From: an uncultured Gemmatimonadota bacterium
GTDB taxonomy: Bacteria; GCA-2686955; CAYMWF01
DNA length: 64,000 bases
Direction: 5' to 3'
NCBI GenBank assembly: GCA_964394085.1
Contig: CAYMWF010000002.1
Coordinates: forward strand, 48,051 to 112,050
Numbering within the stretch: the first letter of the stretch is position 1; each line of letters opens with the position of its first letter. Position numbers and translations under genes: made by a program. The notes below the pieces were generated by a model. That model was not told the DNA's origin, ran no database searches, and saw only the letters and a list, made by a program, of their open reading frames with translations. Below, piece by piece: positions 18,516 through 29,207 of the stretch.

Positions 18516-20317
18516 GTCCTTCCGAATCTCCTGTGAAGTTCGTCAAGTGTTATCTGTAAAATAACAGGGCGCCCGTGAGGACAGATAAAAGGTTGCTCAG
18601 TAGCAAAAAGAGAATCCACGAGCCAGGCTATCTCCCTGTCCGATAGATTTCTGCCGGCTTTGATAGCCGCTTTGCAGGAATAAACGGTGGCAATTTTTTC
18701 AAGTGTCGGTGTTCCGGATCCATCCGACAACTCCGCGAAAAACTCCCTTAGAACTTCGATCGGATCAGCACCCAGCAAGCCGGTAGGCTCCCCATCCAAC
18801 ACAAGTGTTCGATCACTGAACAACCTCAGTGAGTATCCTACATTCCTCAGAAAGTGGCTGTTCTCCTCATATATAGGCAGTTCCTCGAGTGTTAGTTGAA
18901 GTGTTCGAGGAAACAGGCACGGTTGGACAGGTGTTGATTCTTCCTTCAGCATCGTTTTGACCCGTTCGAAAATTACTCTTTCATGGGCCACATGCTGGTC
19001 TATTATCAGCAATTCACCTTTTATCTGACAGAAAATATAGGTTTGCTGGAATTGCCAATACCTGACCGGTTGCTGTCTATCCTGTTCAGATACAATCGGA
19101 TCCGACGGAGCATCGTTCAGATCAAGGGCAGCCTGAACCAGTAACTTGTCCTCAGTGCCGGTACTTTGATACGGATTTATTCCTTCGGACACCCCCCCTC
19201 TACTATCCGGAGAACTCTTCTGCAGCCTCGTCTGGAATGGAGAGCCAGCATTTCCGGATTCCTTCACGGCAACCAAATCCCTGCGGTCGAAGGGAACCCC
19301 GCTCTCCTGCACTCCAACAGATTCTTTCATGCGGGTTTGAAGGAGACGTCGTAAACCTTCTCTAATCACCTGTTCATCCTGGAACCTCACTTCTTCTTTC
19401 GCAGGATGAATGTTTACATCAATCTCTGAAGGATCAATATTTAAGAAAAGAATATAAACGGGAAATCTACCGCGGGGTATGAGATCACGGTAGACGCTGA
19501 ATATAGCCGTCGACAGAAGCCGGTCTTTCACGATTCTCCCATTGACATATAGAAACTGGCAGTTACGGGAAGCCCGGGCTGTCTCCGGTTTTCCGATAAA
19601 ACCATGTATTCGAGTTCCTCCCGCTTCGCCTTCCAATTCCAGCAGCTTTTCGGCGACATCCTTTCCAAGAAGAGCATAAATACGCTCATATACGGACGAT
19701 TCTTGCTGCAAGCTCAATATTTGTTTTGAATTCGATACGAATCGGAAGGCTATTTCAGGTCGGCCGATTGCATAACCTGTTATAAGATTGGATATATGGC
19801 GTTGTTCGACCGCTGTTGATTTTAGGAATTTCCTGCGGGCTGGAATATTGAAAAACAACTTCTGAACTTTGATGATTGTGCCCGGTGGTAAGCCCGTTTC
19901 CCTGACGTCCTTCAACTCTCCTCCCTCCACCTTCACTTCTGTTCCTGAGATATCCGTTCGAATACGTGATGAGACCGACATCTTAGAAATGGAGGCTATG
20001 GAGGGAATTGCCTCACCTCTGAATCCGAGCGTCCGGATTGAAGCAAGATCTTCCTCGTCGACTATTTTACTGGTAGCATGCCTGTCAAGGCTGGAGATAA
20101 CCTCATCCCGGGACATTCCACACCCATCATCGCGGACCTGAACGAGGGTCTTCCCTCCATTGTTGACAACAATTTCGAGTCTTTTTGCACCGGCATCGAG
20201 AGAGTTTTCGATCAGCTCCTTAAGAACGGAAGCCGGTCTCTCAATGATCTCTCCGGCGGCAATCTTGTTGACAAGTTCTTCCGGAAGAATTCTTATCCTG
20301 TTGGTCGTACGGCTCAC
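18512..20317 (-). CDS. mutL: DNA mismatch repair protein MutL (GTG start)
   Basis: IRILPEELVNKIAAGEIIERPASVLKELIENSLDAGA is a GHKL ATPase N-terminus; a C-terminal dimerisation domain follows. Confidence 0.9.
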   Translation of the reverse strand: MSRTTNRIRILPEELVNKIAAGEIIERPASVLKELIENSLDAGAKRLEIVVNNGGKTLVQVRDDGCGMSRDEVISSLDRHATSKIVDEEDLASIRTLGFRGEAIPSIASISKMSVSSRIRTDISGTEVKVEGGELKDVRETGLPPGTIIKVQKLFFNIPARRKFLKSTAVEQRHISNLITGYAIGRPEIAFRFVSNSKQILSLQQESSVYERIYALLGKDVAEKLLELEGEAGGTRIHGFIGKPETARASRNCQFLYVNGRIVKDRLLSTAIFSVYRDLIPRGRFPVYILFLNIDPSEIDVNIHPAKEEVRFQDEQVIREGLRRLLQTRMKESVGVQESGVPFDRRDLVAVKESGNAGSPFQTRLQKSSPDSRGGVSEGINPYQSTGTEDKLLVQAALDLNDAPSDPIVSEQDRQQPVRYWQFQQTYIFCQIKGELLIIDQHVAHERVIFERVKTMLKEESTPVQPCLFPRTLQLTLEELPIYEENSHFLRNVGYSLRLFSDRTLVLDGEPTGLLGADPIEVLREFFAELSDGSGTPTLEKIATVYSCKAAIKAGRNLSDREIAWLVDSLFATEQPFICPHGRPVILQITLDELHRRFGRT

Positions 20318-20491
20318 TTATCCTCCTTATCGGAGTTCGATAATGGCATATTCGAATTGTGAAAACAATCGATATCGGGATTGTCCGAGTAAAGGTGATC
20401 CAGCAAAACCTGTCGAGATATAACAGTCGATAAATGGTGGAAATTCTGATATAATAAAACTGGAGCGCAGGATGGATCATGGGAGTACGTT

Positions 20492-21070
20492 ATGAAGATA
20501 TCTACGATTGTACTGGCCGGTGCACTCCTCATCATCACAACAATCTTATCCGGATGTTACACTTCCTTCACCCACCCCGGATCGACAGGAAGGTATTCCG
20601 ATTATTCGAATGAGCCTGGAGTGAACCGGGATGCATCGTGCATTTCATGCCATGTGCACCGCCATCCCACTTCCCTTTTCTGGCATGACTACTGTTATCA
20701 CACCGCTTACCCTTGGTACAGAACCTTTTACGGCTATCCCTGGTGGTGGTGGTGGTATGATGAAGAAAATGGCGATGAAGACCCACCCCCCTCGCTACCG
20801 TCTATCAGCGGAACCTCGGACCGTGAACCGTTCGACTGGGAAAAAAAAGAACCTCCGGGTCAAACAGGATTGGATTCAGCAAAACAAGGTCAAGAAACCC
20901 CTATACACCTGAAACGGCCAGCAAAGTATAAATCGAAAAAACACAAAATCGACAACTTACCCGACAAGAATCCGACAAAGGTAAAAACACATCGTCCGAT
21001 CCGCCAACCAGAAACCGATGACGAGGGGGATTCGGATAAAAAATTCCGGACTCAGCAAGAAAGCGATTGA
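20492..21070 (+). CDS. Small lipoprotein with a CxxCH motif, a Trp-rich patch and a Lys-rich disordered tail
   Basis: Lipobox ILSGC. CISCHVHRH is CxxCH. YPWWWWWYDEE is followed by a K/P/D-rich C-terminal half. Confidence 0.5.
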   Translation: MKISTIVLAGALLIITTILSGCYTSFTHPGSTGRYSDYSNEPGVNRDASCISCHVHRHPTSLFWHDYCYHTAYPWYRTFYGYPWWWWWYDEENGDEDPPPSLPSISGTSDREPFDWEKKEPPGQTGLDSAKQGQETPIHLKRPAKYKSKKHKIDNLPDKNPTKVKTHRPIRQPETDDEGDSDKKFRTQQESD

Positions 21071-21183
21071 GCCGTTCCGGCAGCTTGTTACAGCACTCTC
21101 ACCTCAGGGATCATTAAGAAGAGGAAAAGGACCGGTACAATCTACTCTTCCGGGTATATACTCGAATCGATATCTATGAGGGA

Positions 21184-22461
21184 ATGCAGATGATCCGTTT
21201 TTCTTTGATTCTTGTTTTACTGTTATCGAGTCTGTTTTCAATGTCGGAATGCACAGCCGGCAGTACGAATGTAAGAACCGACGAGTTCTCATTTATATAT
21301 CCGCTCTTTCCTAACGCTCGATCCGCAGGATCAGCAGGTGCTTTGGCTGTAGTTCAGGATGATCTGTACAGCTTCAAAACAAATCCCGCATCTGCCGCTC
21401 TCTTGACCAGACCCGAGCTCTCCGGTTCTCTTCTACATAGAGCCTGGAGAAACACTACATCTTTTTATGGATCGGAAACTCTCGTAGATGACAGCAGATC
21501 TGCAATGACCTCAATCGGGATCGGATATCCATTCCCTGTTTATCGCGGCAGTTTCGTCATAGGCGGCGGATTTTTCGCACGAAATCTTTTCACAAGAGAC
21601 CTGCTGTATGCGGGTATAGATGAAGCCGATGATTATGAACCGCGAATTCAGGAATCGATCCTCGAAGACGGGAAGTTGGGAACGTACACCTTAGGGTTCG
21701 GCACCGCAGTCTCACCTGCCGTTACCGTAGGAGCATCGGTGCACTTCTGGAGGGGCGATTTTTCTGAGGATTATTGGCAAAAAAATGTTCCAAACTCCCC
21801 AGTCGGTGGCATCGATTCGCTCCGAATCGATCATTATCTCGATGCAAATTTCGATGGTATGAATATGACAATAGGAGCCTGTCTCTCCGGTCGAAGCGGC
21901 TTTAGAGCGGGGATCGCCCTGGACACACCGTTCACTCTGAAGAGATCCGGATATTTCTGGGCCGATACTACATGGTATTCCGCTGATTCACTTTGTATAA
22001 CCGAAATGGAGTATTTAACTGAAGCCCAGTTTCAAATACCTTTTATTATAAGATTCGGCCTCGCGATCCCTATAAAACAACTTACGCTTGCGACTTCCTT
22101 TGAATTTTCGGATCTTTCTTCGATGGACTGGAGCGGTCGGAGCGAAGACAGCTTTGGTGACCCAAGAACCGGTCTCTATGACGAACTCTTCATTGCTGCA
22201 GCGGGAGTAGAATATGCTGCCAAGAGGATTCCGCTCTTTCTTAGAAGCGGTTGCAGGTGGGAATCGAGTGTCTTTTCACCGTATGACGGGGGAAGAGGGC
22301 GGTTCGGTTACTTTTTCGGTACCGGAGTGGTGCTGCAATCCATCGTCTCTCTCGATCTGGCATTAGGAAGTATGGAATCGGACCTCACGCAGTCCGACGC
22401 CCGGTTCTCAAATAAGAAGTGGAATTATCAGCTTCATCTTACAACTTCAATCAGGTTCTGA
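21184..22461 (+). CDS. Outer membrane beta-barrel protein (FadL/porin-like), unknown substrate
   Basis: Signal peptide, alternating amphipathic beta-strand pattern, and a C-terminal ...HLTTSIRF with terminal Phe. Confidence 0.5.
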   Translation: MQMIRFSLILVLLLSSLFSMSECTAGSTNVRTDEFSFIYPLFPNARSAGSAGALAVVQDDLYSFKTNPASAALLTRPELSGSLLHRAWRNTTSFYGSETLVDDSRSAMTSIGIGYPFPVYRGSFVIGGGFFARNLFTRDLLYAGIDEADDYEPRIQESILEDGKLGTYTLGFGTAVSPAVTVGASVHFWRGDFSEDYWQKNVPNSPVGGIDSLRIDHYLDANFDGMNMTIGACLSGRSGFRAGIALDTPFTLKRSGYFWADTTWYSADSLCITEMEYLTEAQFQIPFIIRFGLAIPIKQLTLATSFEFSDLSSMDWSGRSEDSFGDPRTGLYDELFIAAAGVEYAAKRIPLFLRSGCRWESSVFSPYDGGRGRFGYFFGTGVVLQSIVSLDLALGSMESDLTQSDARFSNKKWNYQLHLTTSIRF

Positions 22462-22498
22462 AACTTAATACGTCGTTTCTGAATATCACCTTGCCGGA

Positions 22499-23398
22499 CT
22501 ATTCGACTTCAATGATCCGGGTCACCATTTTTTCAACGCATTCTCTAAAGAAACGCTCCTGGAGAAATCTGAAACCATCACGATAAAAACGATTCATCAC
22601 GTTGTTCACAGCATTCTCGACATTACCACGACTCTCGTTCGCGATATCGATGAGTTTTCCGGTCGCATCGTCGAAATCTTTGAAAAACCCCTCCACATCC
22701 ATTCCCGTCAGCATACCGAAATGACCGAATCCGATAGTTGTCGGATCAAGTTGTTTAAACAGCTGCACATCTTTAAGCTGCTGATAAAAATCGTTGAGAG
22801 AGAACGGGAAAACTCTCCCAGGTCCTCCGAAAAAGCCGCAGGCGTCCCCTACGAAAAGCAGTCTACGCTCAGGGATCCAGATGCTTACAGAGCACCGACT
22901 GTGCCCCGGTGTGGACAATATCTCAAGTGTCCCTATATCGGTCCAGTTGTCGAAAAAAGCACCGTCATGTAGTTCCGGTACTACCGCAAATCGTGTAAAT
23001 TCACCCTTATGACCGGCTACTTCGTTCTCCCTGCCGAAAAAACTCACCATCCTCGCATTCTCAGTACGAATAAACTGTATCACCTTTGGTTTCGAAAGGA
23101 GTTCGGCGGCTTCAGGGGAAGCTGTTATTTCCAGAGATGGAATATTCGCCTGGAGGTATGCAACAGCTCCGCAATGATCAAAATGGGAATGGGTAAGAAG
23201 CAGCCTTCTAAGACTTCCGCCACCTCCTTCCTTTATCAAATCATATGCAATTATCTGATCGGCGAGTTCGGGCACGATTGCGGACACACCACCCTCGATT
23301 AAAATCTGTTCTTTATTTCCTACCAGGTAAACAGGAACAGCACTCGTACCGAGCAATCTTACTCCGGATATTTCCGAACCCGGATTATTCAACCACAT
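22499..23398 (-). CDS. MBL-fold metallo-hydrolase
   Basis: The LLTHSHFDHCG motif. Start set at ATG 23396-23398 with a GGAGAGAG RBS. Confidence 0.7.
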   Translation of the reverse strand: MWLNNPGSEISGVRLLGTSAVPVYLVGNKEQILIEGGVSAIVPELADQIIAYDLIKEGGGGSLRRLLLTHSHFDHCGAVAYLQANIPSLEITASPEAAELLSKPKVIQFIRTENARMVSFFGRENEVAGHKGEFTRFAVVPELHDGAFFDNWTDIGTLEILSTPGHSRCSVSIWIPERRLLFVGDACGFFGGPGRVFPFSLNDFYQQLKDVQLFKQLDPTTIGFGHFGMLTGMDVEGFFKDFDDATGKLIDIANESRGNVENAVNNVMNRFYRDGFRFLQERFFRECVEKMVTRIIEVE

Positions 23399-24368
23399 CT
23401 TCTCTCTCCTGCTCCCTCTTCTTCTTTTTTTCCCGCTCCGAATCTTGAGAACATTGTTTTCCCTCAGGTTCTGTATCATCACTTACCGAAATATCTTCTT
23501 TTGAAAACAATTCACCGCCGGGTTCTTCTGGAACTGCCTGCATAGCTCTCGGTTCGCCAACCGTATCCAAATCATCCGATTCGGACAAATGGACCAAATC
23601 GCCATCTTCTTCATTTTTTTCTTTCACGTTCGACAACCAGGCGGGAGTAGTTGGTAAATCTCCCTCTAATTGCCGGAGCTTATCGAACATTCTTCTGGCA
23701 TCCTCTGAACGGTTCCTTGATTTGTAAAGCACCCCCAGATATGAATATGCACGTTTGTTTTCAGGATAGTATTCGGTTGTTTTCTCGAACGCCTTGATCG
23801 CGGAGTCAAACATCTCCAGGTGGTTGTAAGCTTGTCCGAGATAGAAATAGACTTGCTTCCTAGAGGAATCTTGCTTGAGCACGTTGAGAAAAAACTCCAC
23901 CGCTTCTTTATAGAGCCCCATCTGCAGCTTGATCAATCCCAGGTTGTAATAAACGTCCGGATTATTCCCGGCAAGACTCCGGGCTTTTTTCAGCAGCTTT
24001 ACAGCCCGGTTATATTGACCGATTTCGGCGAGAGTCGCACCGAGATTCAATAGAAGATTAATATTATCCGGTTCTACCTGTAATCCGTCCTGGAAATGTG
24101 AAACGGCAAGATGAGGATTGTGCATCTCACATTGTACGAATCCCAGGTTTGCCAGAGCTTTTACATGGTCCGGCTTCAACCGGAGGATCTCCTGATATTT
24201 TCCGGATGCTTCCGAGTATCTTCCTTCACCGGTAAGAGTTTTTGCTTCACTGAATAGTTCACTGATTCGGGCTGAATCGTCTTCTCCGAGTTTACTACCG
24301 GGCATTTCGTCGACCCCAGGATCGAGCATGGACCTTATTCTATTGATGATTCTATCAATCAGCATCAT
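23385..24368 (-). CDS. TPR-repeat protein with acidic/basic low-complexity C-terminus
   Basis: Multiple 34-aa TPR units, e.g. ALANLGFVQCEM..., NLGATLAEIG..., YNLGLIKLQMG.... Confidence 0.55.
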   Translation of the reverse strand: MMLIDRIINRIRSMLDPGVDEMPGSKLGEDDSARISELFSEAKTLTGEGRYSEASGKYQEILRLKPDHVKALANLGFVQCEMHNPHLAVSHFQDGLQVEPDNINLLLNLGATLAEIGQYNRAVKLLKKARSLAGNNPDVYYNLGLIKLQMGLYKEAVEFFLNVLKQDSSRKQVYFYLGQAYNHLEMFDSAIKAFEKTTEYYPENKRAYSYLGVLYKSRNRSEDARRMFDKLRQLEGDLPTTPAWLSNVKEKNEEDGDLVHLSESDDLDTVGEPRAMQAVPEEPGGELFSKEDISVSDDTEPEGKQCSQDSEREKKKKREQEREDVVE

Positions 24369-26975
24369 TCAGCTCCATTCGGATATCTGCTCCTTCCACC
24401 TGTGAATCAGTGTCAATGCATCCAAAGGTGTGCAATTATTTGGATCCAGTATTTTTAGCTCGTCAATTACGGGATGGTCTTCATTTGCCGAAAACAGATC
24501 CATTTGATGAATACCATTCCCGGCACCAATAATCTCACGGTGAATAAAAGACTCCTTTTCAAGATCTGCCAAGATCTCTTTTGCGCGCTGCAGCACTACA
24601 GGGGGGATCCCGGCCAGACGCGCCACCTGTATTCCGTAACTGCGATCAGCGGAGCCGGGTTCTACCTTTCGCAGGAAGATCACTTCATCACCCCATTCTT
24701 TTGCTGATACATTCATGTTCAGTATTGAATCATGTCTACTTGCTAAAGTCGTCAGTTCGTGATAGTGAGTCGCAAACAGCGATAGCGGAGTAAGCGGCTC
24801 CCGAGACAGCAGATATTCCGTGATCGACCAGGCAAGACTCAGCCCATCGAACGTACTTGTGCCTCGTCCAATCTCATCAAGCAGCAATAGACTGCGCGAT
24901 GTGGCATTATTAAGGATATTCGCCATTTCGATCATTTCGGAAAGGAACGTACTCTGTCCTCTCATGATATTGTCCGAAGAGCCGACTCTTGTAAAGATCC
25001 GGTCTATAATGCCCACTTCAGCAGAAGCTGCGGGTACGAAGGATCCGGTTTGAGCGAGCAGGACGATGAGCCCGATTTGTCGCAGGTATGTTGATTTTCC
25101 GGACATATTCGGTCCGGTAAGCAACCCGAACCTCTTCTCTTGATCCAGCTCCAGATCATTAGGTACGAAAACCTCATCCACCAGAACAGATTCCAGCACC
25201 GGATGCCTTCCCTCCGAAATTTTCAGAATATCGGCATCGCATATTTTTGGTCTTGCATATCCTAGCTCGGCCGCGTTTTCCGCAAACGAGCCAAGAACGT
25301 CAAGCTGAGCTATACTTGAAGAAATCCGTTTAAATGTTTCAATATAGCTCCCCAGCCAAGTACAGAGCTCCCGGAAAAGTATTTCTTCTCGCTCTTGAGC
25401 CTTCTCCTCCGCACCCAGCACTTTGACTTCGTACTCTTTCAGTTCGGGAGTAAAATACCGTTCAGCATTAGTGAGGGTCTGTTTCCTTATATAGTTGTCG
25501 GGAACAGAGTTCAGATGTGTTTTAGTGACTTCTAGATAGTAACCGAAAACTCTGTTGTAACCTACTTTCAGACTCGGTATTCCTGTCCTCTCGCGTTCGG
25601 CACCCTGGAGACCCGCGATCCACTTCTTTCCGTGGCTCGCACCGTCTCTAATCTGATCTAGTTCAGGATCGTATCCCGACCTGATAACCCCACCATCCTT
25701 TAATGTGGCGGGTGGGTTCTCGACAAGAGCGGCCGAAAGTCTCTCAACCACTTCTTCAGGTACAGCCAAGCCGGTTCTGATCTGCTGAATATAAGGATCC
25801 TCGATACCTGAAACTGCATCTTCCAGTTCAGGAACCAGCTTCAGGGTTTCCAGGAGGCTGGTTATCTCCCGGGGCCTGGCCTTACTTGCTCCTAATCGAC
25901 CCGTTATTCGTTCCAGATCGCAAAAATTGCCGAGGATCAAGCGGCACTCATCACGAGTCAACTGGTCCTGGTAAAGACTTTCTACAGTATCCAGCCTGCA
26001 ATTGATTTCCCCCTTATCAAGAAGTGGATGCAACAGCCAGTGCCGGAGTAATCGCCCCCCCATCGATGTTTTCGTAGTATCGATAACACTGAACAAAGTT
26101 CCCTCGGCTCTCGCGCCGGTCATTGAAATCATCAATTCGAGATTTCGTTGCGTAGCTGGATCGAGGTACATAAATTCATCAGGATTAAACGTTGCCAGAC
26201 TGGTAACGTGCAGCAGATTACCTTTCAAGTTCGAACCGACATAATCAAGTATCGCACCCGCCGATGAAATTGCCAGAGGATCGGATTCACACCCATATCC
26301 TTCAAGTGAGGACACTCCGAAATGATCCAGGATCCGCTCACGGGAGAGCTCCCAGTCGAAAGCAGCGGCCCCAATCGAAGCAATTACGATGTTTAGTTCG
26401 AGAGAATCTACCCATCGAGCCTTGAATTCATCTGCAGCACCCTCCTGGATAACAATCTCACTCGGGGGTTTCCGTTCAAGTTCGGCGGCAAGCCGGTCAA
26501 CGGGGAAACTGCCTGTAACAAAATTTCCCGTAGACAGATCCATACGGGCATATCCAGCTCTTCCTCCCTGGATGACGATAGCGGCGAGGTGGTTTTCAGT
26601 CTTAGCGTCAAGCAACTCGGAATCGATGACAGTTCCCGGAGTAATTATCTCGATTACTTCACGCTTGACTACACCCTTGGCTTTTGCCGGATCCTCGACC
26701 TGCTCGCAAACTGCGACCCTGAAACCTTTTCTGATCAGTTTTGCAATATAATTCTGTGATGCGTGATGGGGGAAACCCGCAAGAGGCACTCTTCCAGCTT
26801 TGCCTGAATTACGTGAGGTCAGCGTTATGTTCAGTGCATCAGCCGCCACAACTGCATCATCTTCGAACATTTCATAGAAATCACCCATCCGGAAAAGCAG
26901 GATTTTATCCAGATGATCCCGCTTTATACGGTAATATTGTTTCATTAGCGGGGTTACGCTGTTCTTTTCAGTCAT
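24369..26975 (-). CDS. mutS: DNA mismatch repair protein MutS
   Basis: PLMKQYYRIKRDHLDKILLFRMGDFYEMFEDDA at the N-terminus and the Walker A GPNMSGKST. Confidence 0.9.
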   Translation of the reverse strand: MTEKNSVTPLMKQYYRIKRDHLDKILLFRMGDFYEMFEDDAVVAADALNITLTSRNSGKAGRVPLAGFPHHASQNYIAKLIRKGFRVAVCEQVEDPAKAKGVVKREVIEIITPGTVIDSELLDAKTENHLAAIVIQGGRAGYARMDLSTGNFVTGSFPVDRLAAELERKPPSEIVIQEGAADEFKARWVDSLELNIVIASIGAAAFDWELSRERILDHFGVSSLEGYGCESDPLAISSAGAILDYVGSNLKGNLLHVTSLATFNPDEFMYLDPATQRNLELMISMTGARAEGTLFSVIDTTKTSMGGRLLRHWLLHPLLDKGEINCRLDTVESLYQDQLTRDECRLILGNFCDLERITGRLGASKARPREITSLLETLKLVPELEDAVSGIEDPYIQQIRTGLAVPEEVVERLSAALVENPPATLKDGGVIRSGYDPELDQIRDGASHGKKWIAGLQGAERERTGIPSLKVGYNRVFGYYLEVTKTHLNSVPDNYIRKQTLTNAERYFTPELKEYEVKVLGAEEKAQEREEILFRELCTWLGSYIETFKRISSSIAQLDVLGSFAENAAELGYARPKICDADILKISEGRHPVLESVLVDEVFVPNDLELDQEKRFGLLTGPNMSGKSTYLRQIGLIVLLAQTGSFVPAASAEVGIIDRIFTRVGSSDNIMRGQSTFLSEMIEMANILNNATSRSLLLLDEIGRGTSTFDGLSLAWSITEYLLSREPLTPLSLFATHYHELTTLASRHDSILNMNVSAKEWGDEVIFLRKVEPGSADRSYGIQVARLAGIPPVVLQRAKEILADLEKESFIHREIIGAGNGIHQMDLFSANEDHPVIDELKILDPNNCTPLDALTLIHRWKEQISEWS

Positions 26976-28051
26976 TACTCGTCAAGGGGAACCAAACGGT
27001 ATTTAACCCCCTCCTCGTGGTATAATCGCCGTCCGACCTCATCAAGTTCTGATTCGGCAATATCATCATGGAGCCAGATTTGATACAAAGTGCGATCGCC
27101 GATATTCTTCTTTATCATATCCACCACCCATCCCCGATCTTCCAGGCCGGCCCTGAAAGCGTCAGCCCGGTCTAAATCCAGAAACGAACCGAGATGGATC
27201 CGAAAGAGCGCAACCGAACTATCCGAGCTTGTCGAAGTACCTATACCTATGCCTGATTTCTTGCTCAATGCCGCCTCAGTACTGATGGTGAACATCGTTT
27301 CATCCGCTTTCGAAGATAATTGTTTCAGAAATGCATCCAACTCCTCTTTATCAGGGAATCTGCTTCGACAACGAAGCAGGATGGAGATCATACCTGACGG
27401 GTATAAATCCTTGTTTTCAATATCCACGGCTTTCCAGCAAAGATCAAAAGCTCTCTCGGCATCGCCCTTCATGAGAGCAAGTTCAGCCTGTAATTCCATG
27501 GTCGCCGCTCTAATAGAATCAGACGAGGATGCCGAACTAAGGGCTGAAAGCACGCGACCCGCTTCGTTATACTCACCCATCATTATAAAGGAACGTGCAG
27601 CCATTAAAGAAGCATCCGCGCGATTCGGTGCTGCCGCGGATGCAATTTCAAGAAATAGCTGAGCGGCATTATGGTAATCTGCCTGCGCCAGCAGAAGATA
27701 GGCGCGCATGTATTGTGCCTCGATGTAAAACGCACTTCGTGGAGAGATCTCGTCCAACTGTTTTACTATCTCATCCGGCTCAGTTTCACTCCTCGCGGTG
27801 TAATAATGCAGTAATCCGGTTCGAGAACCTTTTCCATTATCCTTGATACCATTTTTCAAAAAAGCTGCGGTTTCTTCGAATGTCCCCTCTTTGAACACCG
27901 CCTCGATGGATTCATCAATTCCGGTAGCGAAGATTCCAGGAACTATGGCGAGTGTAAATAAAACTCCCCCAATACCCGCTATCAATAATGATACCGCCTT
28001 CAGTCTAGCCGTCTCCATTGATCTGCTCACATTCGATCCGCGGTTTTTCAT
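26975..28051 (-). CDS. Membrane-anchored TPR protein with C-terminal SPOR (peptidoglycan-binding) domain
   Basis: N-terminal TM, TPR-like repeats, and a C-terminal LFRIHLGSFLDLDRADAFRAGLEDRGWVVDMIKK...YQIWLH that is SPOR-like. Confidence 0.5.
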   Translation of the reverse strand: MKNRGSNVSRSMETARLKAVSLLIAGIGGVLFTLAIVPGIFATGIDESIEAVFKEGTFEETAAFLKNGIKDNGKGSRTGLLHYYTARSETEPDEIVKQLDEISPRSAFYIEAQYMRAYLLLAQADYHNAAQLFLEIASAAAPNRADASLMAARSFIMMGEYNEAGRVLSALSSASSSDSIRAATMELQAELALMKGDAERAFDLCWKAVDIENKDLYPSGMISILLRCRSRFPDKEELDAFLKQLSSKADETMFTISTEAALSKKSGIGIGTSTSSDSSVALFRIHLGSFLDLDRADAFRAGLEDRGWVVDMIKKNIGDRTLYQIWLHDDIAESELDEVGRRLYHEEGVKYRLVPLDE

Positions 28052-28069
28052 TCGGACGATCCTCTCAGA

Positions 28070-29200
28070 TCAAATTCTCTCATGTTCGATCCGTCCTTCC
28101 TGCTTCAGAGTCTCCCACCTCAGGCAGGATGAGCAGCGCCAGAGGTATTCTTCGAATTCGGTTCGACACCATGGACACCTGTATCGCTTTGTTCCGGTTC
28201 CAAAAAACTCGAGTGACTCTCTGACTGCTTCTCCCAACCGGTCTTCTTCCGAAAGAAATTCTATCTTCATCCTCCGAGCTTCGGGCGAGAAAGGATCTAC
28301 TTCTAAGGCTCGATCGAGTAAATCCAGAGCTTCGTTCTTGCGACCTTTTCTATTATACAAACGTGCAACCGCAATCATCAAATCTATCTGGGAAGGCACT
28401 CGATCCAATTGTTTTTCAAGGAATCCCAGGAGTTTTTCATATTTACCCGACTCGTAATAGGCCTGCTCGAGTTTTAACAGGACGATTCCGATTGAATCAG
28501 GAGACAATTCGATTGCCTTTTTCCAAAGAGAAATAGCCTTGTTCCATTTTTTTGCAGAAGCTAGGAGATCTCCGTAATGATACAATACAGCGAGGTTTGT
28601 TGAATCCAGACGTATACCCTTTTTGAATTGCGATTCCGCTTTGGGAATCTGTTTTGCATCGAGATAAGTCTTACCGATAAAAGCCCTGTACTTGGCCAGC
28701 ATAACGGAATCCGGCATTTTACGCTTTTTCTGAAGTTCCACGAGGGTTTCGAACGCTTCTTCCCAACGCTCCTCGTCCTCGTAGATCTGGAAAAGAAGCT
28801 TATAGATTCTCACATCACCGCGATCAAACCCCAGAATTCCCTGAAGCGTCTCTTCCGCTTCTTTGTTTCGACCTGCTGCTTTGTAGTCGAGCGCCAGCTC
28901 ATAGAGGAGCTGTTTCCTTTCGTTTCTCCCCAGACGGGGGCGCACTGTCTGTTCAAGATGCACTTGAATCGCTCGATTGTAACTTCCCCTTTTTCTCAGC
29001 AGGATTCCCAGTCTGAGGTAAGCATGGAAATTTCTCGGTTCCCTGTGTACTTCCTCACGCAACAGTTGAATTGCGGATTCTTCATCCCCTTCAATAATGG
29101 CATGTAAAGCATTCAAATAAGCCGTAGTGAATTTTATTTCTCCTGTTTTTCGTTTGAACACCGTAAGACCCCCGGGAGTTTGGAAAGTCCTCCCTTTCAT
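28070..29200 (-). CDS. lapB: Lipopolysaccharide assembly protein B (TPR + C-terminal rubredoxin-like zinc ribbon)
   Basis: The C-terminal RYRCPWCRTEFEEYLWRCSSCLRWETLK matches the E. coli LapB RYRCQKCGF..YWHCPSCRAWST. TPR repeats sit upstream. Start set at ATG 29198-29200 (AGGAG RBS). Confidence 0.75.
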   Translation of the reverse strand: MKGRTFQTPGGLTVFKRKTGEIKFTTAYLNALHAIIEGDEESAIQLLREEVHREPRNFHAYLRLGILLRKRGSYNRAIQVHLEQTVRPRLGRNERKQLLYELALDYKAAGRNKEAEETLQGILGFDRGDVRIYKLLFQIYEDEERWEEAFETLVELQKKRKMPDSVMLAKYRAFIGKTYLDAKQIPKAESQFKKGIRLDSTNLAVLYHYGDLLASAKKWNKAISLWKKAIELSPDSIGIVLLKLEQAYYESGKYEKLLGFLEKQLDRVPSQIDLMIAVARLYNRKGRKNEALDLLDRALEVDPFSPEARRMKIEFLSEEDRLGEAVRESLEFFGTGTKRYRCPWCRTEFEEYLWRCSSCLRWETLKQEGRIEHERI

Positions 29201-29207
29201 TCTACTC

